This document shows, one piece after another, positions 55,462 to 64,000 of a stretch of 64,000 nt of DNA. Below the pieces are notes generated by a model. The model had not been told where the DNA came from. It ran no database searches and saw only the letters and a program-made list of their open reading frames with translations. Position 1 is the first letter of the stretch; every line of letters begins with the position of its first letter. This stretch comes from a bacterium. GTDB lineage: Bacteria; Patescibacteriota; Minisyncoccia; Phycocordibacterales; UBA9973. Location: positions 4,684 through 68,683 of the forward strand of contig JBAXSP010000003.1 in the NCBI GenBank assembly GCA_037130655.1. Reading direction: 5' to 3'. The position numbers and the translations under genes were made by a program.

Positions 55462-55596
55462 ATTGGACAAAATACACTATTTCGTGTACAGTATATCTAA
55501 TCCTTCCTTTGTTCGATGCCACAGCTTTGTCGGTATCGCGTAGTCCAAGGCAGGGGATTAACAAAATAACAGAACCACTCTCGGTTCTTAATACTT

Positions 55597-56118
55597 ATGT
55601 CAGAAAAAGATAACGCTCGAGTATACGAGCTTGGTTATTTGTTTGTCTCATCACTATCTGATGAACAAGCAGTAGAAAAAGCCACTGCCCTTAAGGAAAT
55701 GATAAATCAAAAAGGCGGAAAGGTGATTGCGGATGAAAATCCAAAATTCACTGAATTGGCGTATGAAATGTACAAGTACATTGCAAACAAAAAAACAAAG
55801 TTTTCTCACGGATACTTTGGTTGGGTCAAATTTACTGGTCCAGCTGATATGATTGCTGAAATGAAAGCAGTACTCGACCTCGATGTTGATATGCTCCGTT
55901 TTATGACTATCAAGACAGTTGCTGAAAACACTATGGCACCAAAGAAATTTAGTGCAAAAACAGAACGCACAAAACGACGTGATGACAGTAGTGCATCAGT
56001 TAGCAGTGAAGCTGTCGTAGATGCTCCAGCAGAAGAAGTTGTAGCAGATGCAGAAGAGGCTATCATTGACGAAGAAGTAGTTGATGAAAAGATCGACGAA
56101 ATGGCGACAGAAGAGTAG
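55597..56118 (+). CDS. rpsF: 30S ribosomal protein S6 with acidic C-terminal extension
   Basis: RVYELGYLFVSSLSDEQ...; position upstream of ssb-rpsR. Confidence 0.8.
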   Translation: MSEKDNARVYELGYLFVSSLSDEQAVEKATALKEMINQKGGKVIADENPKFTELAYEMYKYIANKKTKFSHGYFGWVKFTGPADMIAEMKAVLDLDVDMLRFMTIKTVAENTMAPKKFSAKTERTKRRDDSSASVSSEAVVDAPAEEVVADAEEAIIDEEVVDEKIDEMATEE

Positions 56119-56169
56119 AATAGAGATATCGATAGTCGGTCATTTTTACTTACTTAAACCAAACTCATT

Positions 56170-56637
56170 ATGTATCTAAATCGTGTCACATTGTACGGAA
56201 ATCTCACTCGAGATCCAGAAATCAAATCAATTCCTAACGGAACCAAGGTGGTTAACATTTCTATGGCGACCAATAGAACTTGGAAAGATCAAAGTGGTGC
56301 AAAGCGTGAAGAAGTTGAATATCACAATGTGGTGGCATTCGCAAAACAAGCAGAAGTTATAGCTCAATACTGCACCAAAGGCAGTCCGCTCTATGTAGAA
56401 GGACGTATCAAGACTCGTTCTTGGGATGATGCCAACGGAGCCAAGAAATATAGAACTGAAATTATGCTTGAAAACTTCCAATTTGGACCAAAAGGTGGAG
56501 CAAGTTCTGGTTCTTATGCACCAAGTGCACAAGGAAATAGTGCACCAGCAAGTACAGGAAGTAGTAAACAAGATGATGATTTGGAATCTATTGAATATCC
56601 AGATGACGATGTAAATATCGACGACATTCCATTCTAG
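56170..56637 (+). CDS. ssb: single-stranded DNA-binding protein
   Basis: OB-fold N-terminus MYLNRVTLYGNLTRDPE...; Gly/Ser-rich tail ending DDDVNIDDIPF. Confidence 0.9.
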   Translation: MYLNRVTLYGNLTRDPEIKSIPNGTKVVNISMATNRTWKDQSGAKREEVEYHNVVAFAKQAEVIAQYCTKGSPLYVEGRIKTRSWDDANGAKKYRTEIMLENFQFGPKGGASSGSYAPSAQGNSAPASTGSSKQDDDLESIEYPDDDVNIDDIPF

Positions 56638-56666
56638 TTAAAAATTATTAAATTATCCCCAAAGTT

Positions 56667-56864
56667 ATGCAAGATTTTTTCTCAACAAATAACATAAAGC
56701 ATATTGATTACAAGGATACAGAAATTTTGAAAAAGTTTCTTTCTCCTACAGCAAAGATTCTTCCTCGAAAGAGAAGTGGTCTTTCTGCAAAAAATCAACG
56801 TAAATTGGAAGTAGCTGTAAAACGTTCACGTTTCCTCGGATTACTACCATTCGTTGCAAGATAG
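56667..56864 (+). CDS. rpsR: 30S ribosomal protein S18
   Basis: 65 aa, [29 protein letters not shown]. Confidence 0.85.
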   Translation: MQDFFSTNNIKHIDYKDTEILKKFLSPTAKILPRKRSGLSAKNQRKLEVAVKRSRFLGLLPFVAR

Positions 56865-56872
56865 TCATATAT

Positions 56873-56905
56873 AAAAAGCGGAACCCGAAGGGTTCCGCTT
56901 TTTAT
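56873..56905. terminator. bidirectional terminator between rpsR and efp
   Basis: AAAAAGCGGAACCC gaa GGGTTCCGCTTTTT. Confidence 0.8.
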
Positions 56906-56917
56906 TGTGTAAGATAA

Positions 56918-57508
56918 CTATTTTGAAGCTCGTTCTACGTATTCGCCAGTTTCGGTGTTTACGATGATTTTTTCACCTGCTTCAAGGAAGAGTGGGCCGT
57001 TGATGACAGTATCATTTGCAAGTGTTAATTGCTTGTTACCACCTGAGACACTGTTTCCTTTGATTGATGGTGGGGCATCTTTGATTTCAAAGGTCATTTT
57101 GATTGGAAGGGTAACACCAATGATTTTTTCTTCATCGTCTTCTGTTTCAAATACGAGTGCCGTAGCCACCGTGTTGTCGATCAAGAATTTCTTTGTGTTT
57201 GCAGAGATGACATCGTCACCCAATGCAAAACGTTTTGATGGATCTTTTGCATCGCAAAACCAGTATTCACCTTTGCTTTCGTACAAGAATTTTACTTCTT
57301 GTTTACGAAGATCTGCTTCATCAGCTGTATCAGATGAACGGAATGAATCGTTGAATGTTCGTCCATTCAACAAACTCTTCAATTTCACTTGGTTTTGTGG
57401 TTTGCGTTGTTGTGTGCGGGCAACGTGAGATTCAAGGACGACACAAGGTTCGTCTTTGTAAATAATCACTTTACCTTCACGGATTTCGTTGTAATCAAGT
57501 AGTGCCAT
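56918..57508 (-). CDS. efp: elongation factor P
   Basis: 196 aa; ...IREGKVIIYKDEPCVVLESHVARTQQRKPQNQVKLKSLLNGRT... Confidence 0.9.
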   Translation of the reverse strand: MALLDYNEIREGKVIIYKDEPCVVLESHVARTQQRKPQNQVKLKSLLNGRTFNDSFRSSDTADEADLRKQEVKFLYESKGEYWFCDAKDPSKRFALGDDVISANTKKFLIDNTVATALVFETEDDEEKIIGVTLPIKMTFEIKDAPPSIKGNSVSGGNKQLTLANDTVINGPLFLEAGEKIIVNTETGEYVERASK

Positions 57509-57560
57509 AAATTATTCAATGCTATTACAGTAATGTAAAAAGAATAGCAAATATAAGCCT

Positions 57561-57595
57561 AAAAAGCAAAAAAAGTAGCCCTTGTGGGGGCTACT
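57561..57595 (-). terminator. terminator after the 57591-58172 gene
   Basis: AGTAGCCC ttgtgg GGGCTACT preceded (plus strand) by AAAAAGCAAAAAAA. Confidence 0.6.
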
Positions 57596-58172
57596 GATGA
57601 AATAATGATCCAAATACTTCGTTGAATTTTTCAAGCCACTCTTTTTCTTCAGGGCTTCGGTGGTCAACGCTCAAATACCTACTCATTCGTTCTTCGAGTC
57701 GCCGAAATTTTTCTTCATGGCTTTCAATGATAAAATGCTCAATTTCTTGTTGATTGTACCAATGAAATACTTTTTTGTTTGAATGCTCCGCATTTCTGAT
57801 GATGAATTCATCGCTACCATCTTTGATGTAAGAAACTATAAAATCGATACGAGGTAGTTTCATTTTATCTAACACTAATTTTTGAGTAGCGTCAGACTCA
57901 TGGTTAATTGCCATCCACAATAGATGGTGATCAATTTTTCTACACAGCAAAGTTTGTTTGTTGTCATAAAATTGTTCAAGTGAAATTATTGAACTCTTAA
58001 TGATTTCGTTGGTTATTTTTTCATACAACATTTTTGGTACATAGGTAATAAATCCTGCTGTATATAAATCAAAAAGTAACATATTAAATTCACCGGTAAG
58101 CTTTTCTTCCCACTGAGAAGGAAAGGGTTCATCTTCTAGAAGAAGTAGTATTCCGACTTTATTTTTTTGCAT
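57591..58172 (-). CDS. hypothetical cytoplasmic protein
   Basis: start moved to ATG 58172 (MQKNKVGILLL...); no family recognised. Confidence 0.4.
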   Translation of the reverse strand: MQKNKVGILLLLEDEPFPSQWEEKLTGEFNMLLFDLYTAGFITYVPKMLYEKITNEIIKSSIISLEQFYDNKQTLLCRKIDHHLLWMAINHESDATQKLVLDKMKLPRIDFIVSYIKDGSDEFIIRNAEHSNKKVFHWYNQQEIEHFIIESHEEKFRRLEERMSRYLSVDHRSPEEKEWLEKFNEVFGSLFHQ

Positions 58173-58220
58173 AATAACGATAGCTTTTATTCCACCGTAA
58201 CAATAGCACAGCAGGGGGAT

Positions 58221-58251
58221 AAAAAGCAAAAAACACCCGAAGGTGTTTTTT
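58221..58251 (-). terminator. terminator downstream of recA
   Basis: AAACACC cgaa GGTGTTTTTT with upstream A-tract. Confidence 0.6.
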
Positions 58252-58258
58252 AAATATA

Positions 58259-59380
58259 TTATTCTCCTGAACTTTCCATTACGACTTCTTTCATCCGTTT
58301 TCGAACAGATTTCAATATTTCTTCACGGATCTTTGGGTTTTCTTTCATAAAGGTACGTGTTGCGTCATATCCACGTCCTAGTTTGACCTCATTAGCGTTC
58401 TCATCTCCATCTTCGCCATCAGCTTTTGATTTCTTTACTTTTACTGGTGCTTCTCCTTCTTTTGTAGGTTTTGTTTCGCGAATAAAGGTGTAACTTGTAC
58501 CACTTTTGACAATGTTTCCAAGTTTTTCACCGAGCGCAATTAATTCTCCTTCAAGAGAAATTCCTTCACCGTAAATAATATCAAATTCAGTTTGTTTGAA
58601 TGGGGAAGCGACTTTATTCTTCACTACTTTCACACGAGTTCGAGAACCGACAACTTCTTCGCCTTTCTTGATCTGTGCAATACGACGAATATCAAGACGG
58701 ATAGAAGTATAGAACTTCAATGCTTTTCCTCCTGGTGTTGTTTCTGGATTACCAAACATCACACCGATTTGCATACGGATTTGGTTGATAAAGATAACAA
58801 CAGTGTTTGAACGAGCAACGATTGCTGTCAATTTACGAAGTGCTTGTGACATCAAACGAGCTTGTTTACCCATATGAGATGCACCCATATCTCCTTCAAT
58901 TTCATCTTTTGGAGTCAGTGCTGCAACAGAGTCGACAACGATTACATCAATCTTACCTGAACGGACCAATGTCTCACAAATTTCAAGTCCTTGTTCTCCT
59001 GTGTCTGGTTGAGAAATAAGGAGTTCTTTGGTGTTTACTCCAAGATTCTGTGCATAATCTGGATCCATTGCGTGTTCAGCGTCAATATACGCACAGATAC
59101 CACCCAATTTTTGAGCCTCTGCAACGATGTGGAGGGCGAGTGTTGTCTTACCAGATGATTCTGGTCCAAAGATTTCAATCATACGTCCACGAGGAACACC
59201 ACCGATACCGAGTGCGATATCAAGTCCGATAGAACCAGTAGGGATGACACTCAAATTAACTTTTGGTGCATCACCCAATTTCATAATTGCCCCTTCTCCG
59301 AATTTAGTTTGAATTGATTTGATTGTGTCTGCAACACTTTCTGAACCTAATTCTGCTTTTACTTTTTTTACTTTTGCCAT
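58259..59380 (-). CDS. recA: recombinase RecA
   Basis: start moved to ATG 59380 (MAKVKKV...); Walker [13 protein letters not shown]; L1/L2 loop motifs; 373 aa. Confidence 0.9.
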   Translation of the reverse strand: MAKVKKVKAELGSESVADTIKSIQTKFGEGAIMKLGDAPKVNLSVIPTGSIGLDIALGIGGVPRGRMIEIFGPESSGKTTLALHIVAEAQKLGGICAYIDAEHAMDPDYAQNLGVNTKELLISQPDTGEQGLEICETLVRSGKIDVIVVDSVAALTPKDEIEGDMGASHMGKQARLMSQALRKLTAIVARSNTVVIFINQIRMQIGVMFGNPETTPGGKALKFYTSIRLDIRRIAQIKKGEEVVGSRTRVKVVKNKVASPFKQTEFDIIYGEGISLEGELIALGEKLGNIVKSGTSYTFIRETKPTKEGEAPVKVKKSKADGEDGDENANEVKLGRGYDATRTFMKENPKIREEILKSVRKRMKEVVMESSGE

Positions 59381-59387
59381 ACTGTAA

Positions 59388-59786
59388 TTAGTTAATGTTT
59401 GGTAATGAATCTCGACTGCCGACTGTAGTGGTTGGTGGATCAACAGCTACATATACTGGATATTGATCTGATTTGATATGCCCATAAGCATCTTTTGATT
59501 CAATGGTGACAATAGAGTATCCGTCAGGAAGAAGAATTGAATCATTCCATTTGCCGTCAGTACTAATTGGAACAATATTCCCATTTACTTTGAGTATTTT
59601 GATTTTTGGAGCAGTACCAGCGATAGAAAGCATCTTGTTTTCAAGTGTCTGTCCCTCTATGTTTGTTGCTAGTTTTACTTTGTGGGTGAAAACAACATTG
59701 CCGATTTGCCATAAAGTGAAAAGAAGTGCCACAGAAAAGAGGCTTGTGGTGACATAAAATTGTGGTGGTCGGCGTTTGGTTTTCAT
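59388..59786 (-). CDS. small membrane-anchored hypothetical protein
   Basis: start moved to ATG 59786 ([26 protein letters not shown]...). Confidence 0.4.
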   Translation of the reverse strand: MKTKRRPPQFYVTTSLFSVALLFTLWQIGNVVFTHKVKLATNIEGQTLENKMLSIAGTAPKIKILKVNGNIVPISTDGKWNDSILLPDGYSIVTIESKDAYGHIKSDQYPVYVAVDPPTTTVGSRDSLPNIN

Positions 59787-59787
59787 A

Positions 59788-61956
59788 CTATTCTTCCTCC
59801 ATTGGAGCGTTATCTGTGCCATGACCAATGACCTCACGAGGCTTCGCGCCGTTTCCAGGGCCGACAATACCACGTTCTTCGAGAAGGTCTATCAAACGGG
59901 CTGCACGTGCGTATCCAACAGAGAGTTTGCGTTGTAAGAATGATGTAGAAGCTTTACCTGTTTCAATAACAGTACGTTTTGCTTCTTCATATAGATCATC
60001 ATCACTGTCACCACCCATACCACTTTCAAAGATATTGTTCCCAGTACTAACGACACCTGAAAGGTCGATGGTGTCAGGAAGTTCATCTTGATATGCATCA
60101 GTTAGGTATTTGACGACCTTTTTTACTTCATCTTCAGAGATATATGCAGATTGTAGACGTTGTGGCTGGCCTTCACCGCCAGAGTAGAGCATATCTCCTT
60201 GTCCAAGCAGTTTTTCAGCACCAACGGTATCCAAAATGGTTCGAGAGTCGATACCGGTCGGCACACGAAGTGCGATACGAGTAGGGACGTTTGATTTGAT
60301 AAGTCCGGTAATGACGTTCACTTCAGGGCGTTGTGTTGAAAGAATTAAGTGAATACCAACAGCTCGAGACATTTGTGCTAGTCGAACGATGCCGGCTTCA
60401 AGTTCACGAGGGAAGGCCTGCATGATATCAGCCAACTCATCGATGATAATGACGATATATGGCATTGATGGCATACCTTCGACATCTTTCTTGCCTTTCA
60501 ATACATTGTCATGATAAGACTCAATGTCACGAACCGCATTGTCTTGGAGTATTTGATACCGTTCTTCCATTTCTTTGGCTGCCCATTTAAGTGCCAAAAT
60601 AGCCTTCTTTGCATCAGTGATCACCGGAGTGAGGAGGTGAGGGATTTTGTTGTACAACGTAAGTTCAACACGCTTCGGATCAACCATGATGAATTTGAGA
60701 TCTTGCGGTCCATTTCGGTATATCAATGAGTTGATAACGGCGTGAATTGTCACTGATTTACCAGAACCAGTTGTTCCGGCAATCAATGCGTGTGGAGCTT
60801 TTGCAAGGTTCACATAATGCGGTTTACCAGCAACGTCACGCCCAAGTGCAGTCATGAGTGGCTTCGGTGCATTTTGGAAACGTTCATCAGAAAGCAAGGT
60901 ACCAAGACCAACAGTAGCTTTTGTTTTATTCGGGATTTCAATACCTACCAATGACTTGCCTGGGATTGGTGCTTCAATACGAACCGGGTGAGCTGCAAGT
61001 GAAAGTGCAAGGTCGTTTTGCAATCCAACAATACGAGAAAGTTTGACTCCAACAGCAGGCTTCAGTGCATAACGAGTGAATGTTGGACCAATAGTGATCT
61101 CGTCCATTTCAACTTCAATACCGAAGTTCAGTAGTGTGCGTTTGATGATATTTGCATTTGCTTTGATATCACCAACATTAGCTTTTCCTTTGTCACGTTC
61201 AAGGAGAGAAATCGGCGGCGGAATGTATGCAGACATTTTTGTGAAAGCTTTTTTAGGAGTAAACTCTTCTTCTTTTTGTTCGGTAATCTTTGTTGTTTCA
61301 ATAGATTCTTCCGCCGGACTTTCTTCTTGATGAGCTTCTTCGATAAGTTCATTGCCATCAACAACGGTACCAATCTCCGCGCCTTCTTCTTCAGAAAGAA
61401 CTTTCTTTGAGAATTTTGATTTAATGAAATTGATCCATCGTAAAATATTTGGCCGAGTATCAAATAATATAAAAAGAGAGATGAGTGCTATTGCGCTCAA
61501 AAAGAGGGTACTGACATACACATCAAAAAATGAAACAAATGGCCAAGCAACTATTTTGCCAAAAAAGCCACCGGTCGTTTCGTTGAAACTGATATTTAGT
61601 AGTGCCAAAAAAGAGAACAAAAAAGAGATTGAGGTGATGGTATGGAGGCGAGCAAATTGAGGTTTTCCAGAACGAATAAAAGAGACCCCAAGCACAATCA
61701 AAAGGAGTGGTACCAATGCGAAACCATAGCCGAATAAAAATCGTAATCCTCGGTATACAGCCTCACCAGCAACCCCTGCTTTGTGGAACGAAGCAATGAT
61801 AAAAAAGAGTGCCAAAACGAATGTTATGACAGCATAAATACCATACCGAGTTTCGTCTTTCAGTGCCTTTTTTTCTTCTATAATGGCTTCTTCAGAAGTG
61901 TTTTTCTTCTTATTTTTAGTAGAAGTAGCCGTATCTTTTTTGTTCGTTTGTGCCAT
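59788..61956 (-). CDS. ftsK: DNA translocase FtsK/SpoIIIE
   Basis: ORF-track 62043 is GTG; likely ATG 61956 (MAQTNKKD); N-terminal TM helices, Walker A GTTGSGKSV, C-terminal gamma wHTH. Confidence 0.85.
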   Translation of the reverse strand: MAQTNKKDTATSTKNKKKNTSEEAIIEEKKALKDETRYGIYAVITFVLALFFIIASFHKAGVAGEAVYRGLRFLFGYGFALVPLLLIVLGVSFIRSGKPQFARLHTITSISFLFSFLALLNISFNETTGGFFGKIVAWPFVSFFDVYVSTLFLSAIALISLFILFDTRPNILRWINFIKSKFSKKVLSEEEGAEIGTVVDGNELIEEAHQEESPAEESIETTKITEQKEEEFTPKKAFTKMSAYIPPPISLLERDKGKANVGDIKANANIIKRTLLNFGIEVEMDEITIGPTFTRYALKPAVGVKLSRIVGLQNDLALSLAAHPVRIEAPIPGKSLVGIEIPNKTKATVGLGTLLSDERFQNAPKPLMTALGRDVAGKPHYVNLAKAPHALIAGTTGSGKSVTIHAVINSLIYRNGPQDLKFIMVDPKRVELTLYNKIPHLLTPVITDAKKAILALKWAAKEMEERYQILQDNAVRDIESYHDNVLKGKKDVEGMPSMPYIVIIIDELADIMQAFPRELEAGIVRLAQMSRAVGIHLILSTQRPEVNVITGLIKSNVPTRIALRVPTGIDSRTILDTVGAEKLLGQGDMLYSGGEGQPQRLQSAYISEDEVKKVVKYLTDAYQDELPDTIDLSGVVSTGNNIFESGMGGDSDDDLYEEAKRTVIETGKASTSFLQRKLSVGYARAARLIDLLEERGIVGPGNGAKPREVIGHGTDNAPMEEE

Positions 61957-62044
61957 TTGTTTTTGTTTACTAATTGTATCACGGGCAAGTAGGTAAAACA
62001 TACAAAAAACGTTGAAAAATAACGATAAAAGGACGATTTGCACT

Positions 62045-62842
62045 ATGTCCGTAAAAGCGTATAATGGTCATACATTTATCAAAAAATTGTCCGTTTATTT
62101 TTCTAAAAGACATATGAATGCAGTAAAAGACATAATCAAAAAGACAAGAAAAATAGTCACTGCCATATATATGGTTTCTGATTATATGGAAGTATCAGAA
62201 CCACTTCGAAATCATTTGCGAAATATGTCCTTGAAGCTATTAACGGACACAGAATATCTCCAAAAACAAATCACGGTCCAGGGTCACAAAAATGCTGCAG
62301 ACATCAAAGATGATATGGAAAATTTGATCGCAATTCTTGAGATGACAGAACATCTCCGAATGGTTTCAAGAATGAACGCCGACATCATCACTCGAGAACT
62401 ACGTTCTATGTATATGATCATCGATCATCTACCTAAGATTAAAGGGGTTGAAAGTAGTGTGATTTCCGGATTCTCACTCCCAGATTCTTTTTTTGAAAAG
62501 ACTGAAACTGATGCTATTCAGCAATTGGTATCACAAGAAAATACTGAAAACCAACCAGTTATCATAAAGGACAAAAAGATAGTAAGTGTTCCACCTGTTA
62601 AGAAAATAGCACTACCGCAACAAAGTGGTGAGGAACGAAGAAATGAAAGAAAGACCAAAATACTTACACTTATAAAGGACAAAGGAGCTTCTGAGGGGGT
62701 GATGATCAAAGATATATCTCGTGCGTTTGCAGAGCTTTCGGAGAAAACAATTCAACGAGAATTATTTGAATTAGTTGAAAAAGGTCAGATTAAAAAAATG
62801 GGGGAGAAGCGTTGGAGTCGGTATTATCTAAATAATGACTAG
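62045..62842 (+). CDS. hypothetical protein with C-terminal winged-helix DNA-binding domain
   Basis: ORF-track 62012 is TTG; ATG 62045; C-terminus MIKDISRAFAELSEKTIQRELFELVEKGQIKKMGEKRWSRYYL; last codons N-N-D-stop lie inside element d. Confidence 0.4.
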   Translation: MSVKAYNGHTFIKKLSVYFSKRHMNAVKDIIKKTRKIVTAIYMVSDYMEVSEPLRNHLRNMSLKLLTDTEYLQKQITVQGHKNAADIKDDMENLIAILEMTEHLRMVSRMNADIITRELRSMYMIIDHLPKIKGVESSVISGFSLPDSFFEKTETDAIQQLVSQENTENQPVIIKDKKIVSVPPVKKIALPQQSGEERRNERKTKILTLIKDKGASEGVMIKDISRAFAELSEKTIQRELFELVEKGQIKKMGEKRWSRYYLNND

Positions 62843-62945
62843 TGACTAAATGACCAATGACTAATATTTCGAACAAAAGCGCGAAGCCTTCGGTTTCGCG
62901 CTTTCGAATTTACTGGTCACTAGTCATTAGTAATTGGTCACTAAC
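62834..62945. repeat. palindromic element copy d: AATGACTAGTGACTAAATGACCAATGACTAAT, terminator hairpin, TACTGGTCACTAGTCATTAGTAATTGGTCACTAAC
   Basis: read directly. Confidence 0.7.
62876..62908 (+). terminator. rho-independent terminator inside element d
   Basis: AAAGCGCGAAGCC ttc GGTTTCGCGCTTT (one G-U pair). Confidence 0.75.
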
Positions 62946-63562
62946 CCCTGTAATTTTTCGCCTTCTGATACGTCACAATTTTCAGGATAGGGTGTCGCCC
63001 GAAACTCATTTAAGTGAGATACAATTTCTAAAGACCATTGCGCAGGCGGGTAGCCGAGCATAGGAATTTTTCACCAGAAAAATATCCGCGGTCTTTAGAA
63101 ATTCGTATCGAACGGCACTTTATCCACATAGTTCACAACAGTCAGAATGCCCTTATGTATTATACTTTTTGGATAGTACCTAGGCGTGCATTTTTTGGCA
63201 GTTTATGGTACTATAAATAACGTTATGTGTGCGAGCTATCGGCGCCACATAACAACCGGTCTGATCATTGAAAACACAATACGCAGGGAATCGTGATGCC
63301 GACTTTTCTCTGTGGAATTCTGTCAAAAGAATTCTTTTTTGTTTTCAGTCTCTCACCGTGTATCGGCCATGTCGACACGGCAGATAGCTGAAAAAGCATT
63401 TCTTCAATTCGTTGAGGAGATGTATTTATCAGTTTGTTTTCCGATTATAAAGTACCTACAAAATGTTTTGTCAAAACTATTTTGTAGGCCCATATATAAG
63501 TGTGTAGAATTTCTATAGAGCTTCTACATATAAGTATATGAATTTACTCAGAATATTTTATT

Positions 63563-64000
63563 ATGCAAATCAATAAAACTGTAAAGGCAGTGTTTGGTGT
63601 TGCAATGGCTGCTGTTCTTCTCGTAGGAACATCTGCTTCTGCTTACACATTCACTTCGTCTTTGAAACTCGGTTCTACTGGTACAGCTGTTAAAGAACTT
63701 CAAAAAGTTCTTAACATGTCAGCTGATACTCAAGTAGCGGCCGCAGGCAAAGTTGGTGGTCCAGGAATGGAAACTACTAAATTTGGTCCTGCAACAAAAG
63801 CAGCACTTCAAAAATTCCAAGCTAAGAACAACTTGTCTCCTTTGACAGGTGCTACTGGTCCTGGAACTCGTGCAGCTCTTAATGCAATCTCAGGTGGTTC
63901 AACAACTCCAACTACACCAACAACTCCTACACAAACAGGTCCTGTAACAGCAATGCTTGCTACAGATAACCCAGCTGCAGGAACAGTGCTTGGTGGTCAA
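63563..64000 (+). CDS. 5' part of a secreted protein with tandem peptidoglycan-binding (PG_binding_1-like) repeats; continues past window
   Basis: ATG 63563; signal peptide AVFGVAMAAVLLVGTSASA; repeats LGSTGTAVKELQKVLN and FGPATKAALQKFQAKNNLSPLTGATGPGTRAAL. Confidence 0.5.
   Translation, partial: MQINKTVKAVFGVAMAAVLLVGTSASAYTFTSSLKLGSTGTAVKELQKVLNMSADTQVAAAGKVGGPGMETTKFGPATKAALQKFQAKNNLSPLTGATGPGTRAALNAISGGSTTPTTPTTPTQTGPVTAMLATDNPAAGTVLGGQ

Noticed and set aside
58259-59380. RecA C-terminal ~40-aa extension as a possible fusion (e.g. RecX-like)
   Set aside because: The tail is acidic/Lys-rich low complexity, typical of the variable RecA C-terminal regulatory tail. No second domain is evident.
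59818-59836. TGACCAATGACC (two heptamer units) inside the ftsK coding sequence
   Set aside because: It encodes ...EVIGHGTD... in frame, with no flanking hairpin or inverted partner. It is probably a chance occurrence or a fossil, not an element copy.
63038-63518. Short ORFs (60-68 aa) in the 62946-63562 gene-free region
   Set aside because: Arg-rich, no start context, no homology. Treated as non-coding (see finding).
1-64000. CRISPR arrays, tRNA or rRNA genes
   Set aside because: There are no regularly spaced direct repeats with unique spacers. All tandem repeats found are either intragenic protein repeats or the heptamer arrays. No T-loop/acceptor-stem tRNA signatures or rRNA-like segments were seen by eye. 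An automated tRNAscan or Infernal pass would be needed to be certain.

Overview
The window is low-GC, densely packed and reads in the standard genetic code (long ORFs end in TAA/TAG; no in-frame TGA problems seen). Most genes end in hairpin plus T-tract terminators. The organism looks like a small-genome, monoderm-type bacterium; CPR/Patescibacteria-like is only a guess. I found no rRNA, tRNA or CRISPR array, and no integrase or transposase.

Housekeeping genes recognised from protein motifs:
- rpmH and rnpA, with yidC at its canonical position but inverted.
- tpiA and pgk.
- recJ, rnhA, sodA, mscL, rpmB, rpsL-rpsG and tatD.
- rpsF-ssb-rpsR, efp, recA and ftsK.

Accessory content:
1. A type IV pilus operon: pilB, pilC, then a FimT/GspH-like, a PilV-like, a PilW-like and an extended PilX-like minor pilin. 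A ComEC channel gene and a separately encoded ComEC-type MBL-domain gene lie elsewhere in the window.
2. A roughly 23-kb surface-protein block between tpiA and pgk. It holds a 1716-aa protein built of phage-tail-fibre-type repeats with perfect internal DNA duplications, a Bro-N/Hsp20 fusion gene, a 3249-aa protein built from autotransporter passenger-type repeats (Pfam PATR family), and a five-gene cohesin-dockerin operon. That operon has four membrane-anchored cohesin proteins and one FN3/Ig/dockerin protein, with no catalytic domain anywhere.
3. A family of palindromic elements: inverted arrays of the heptamer TGACYAR wrapped around terminator hairpins. There are four copies, and two of them bracket the inverted yidC.
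4. Two secreted proteins sharing a novel G(Y/W)AWxxNxGWIxF repeat.
5. A 29-bp perfect hairpin that contains the rpsG stop codon, followed by further hairpins in the same spacer.

My best candidate for a previously undescribed system is the non-cellulosomal cohesin-dockerin surface assembly inside the adhesin island. The TGACYAR terminator-embedded palindromic elements are the second most interesting item.
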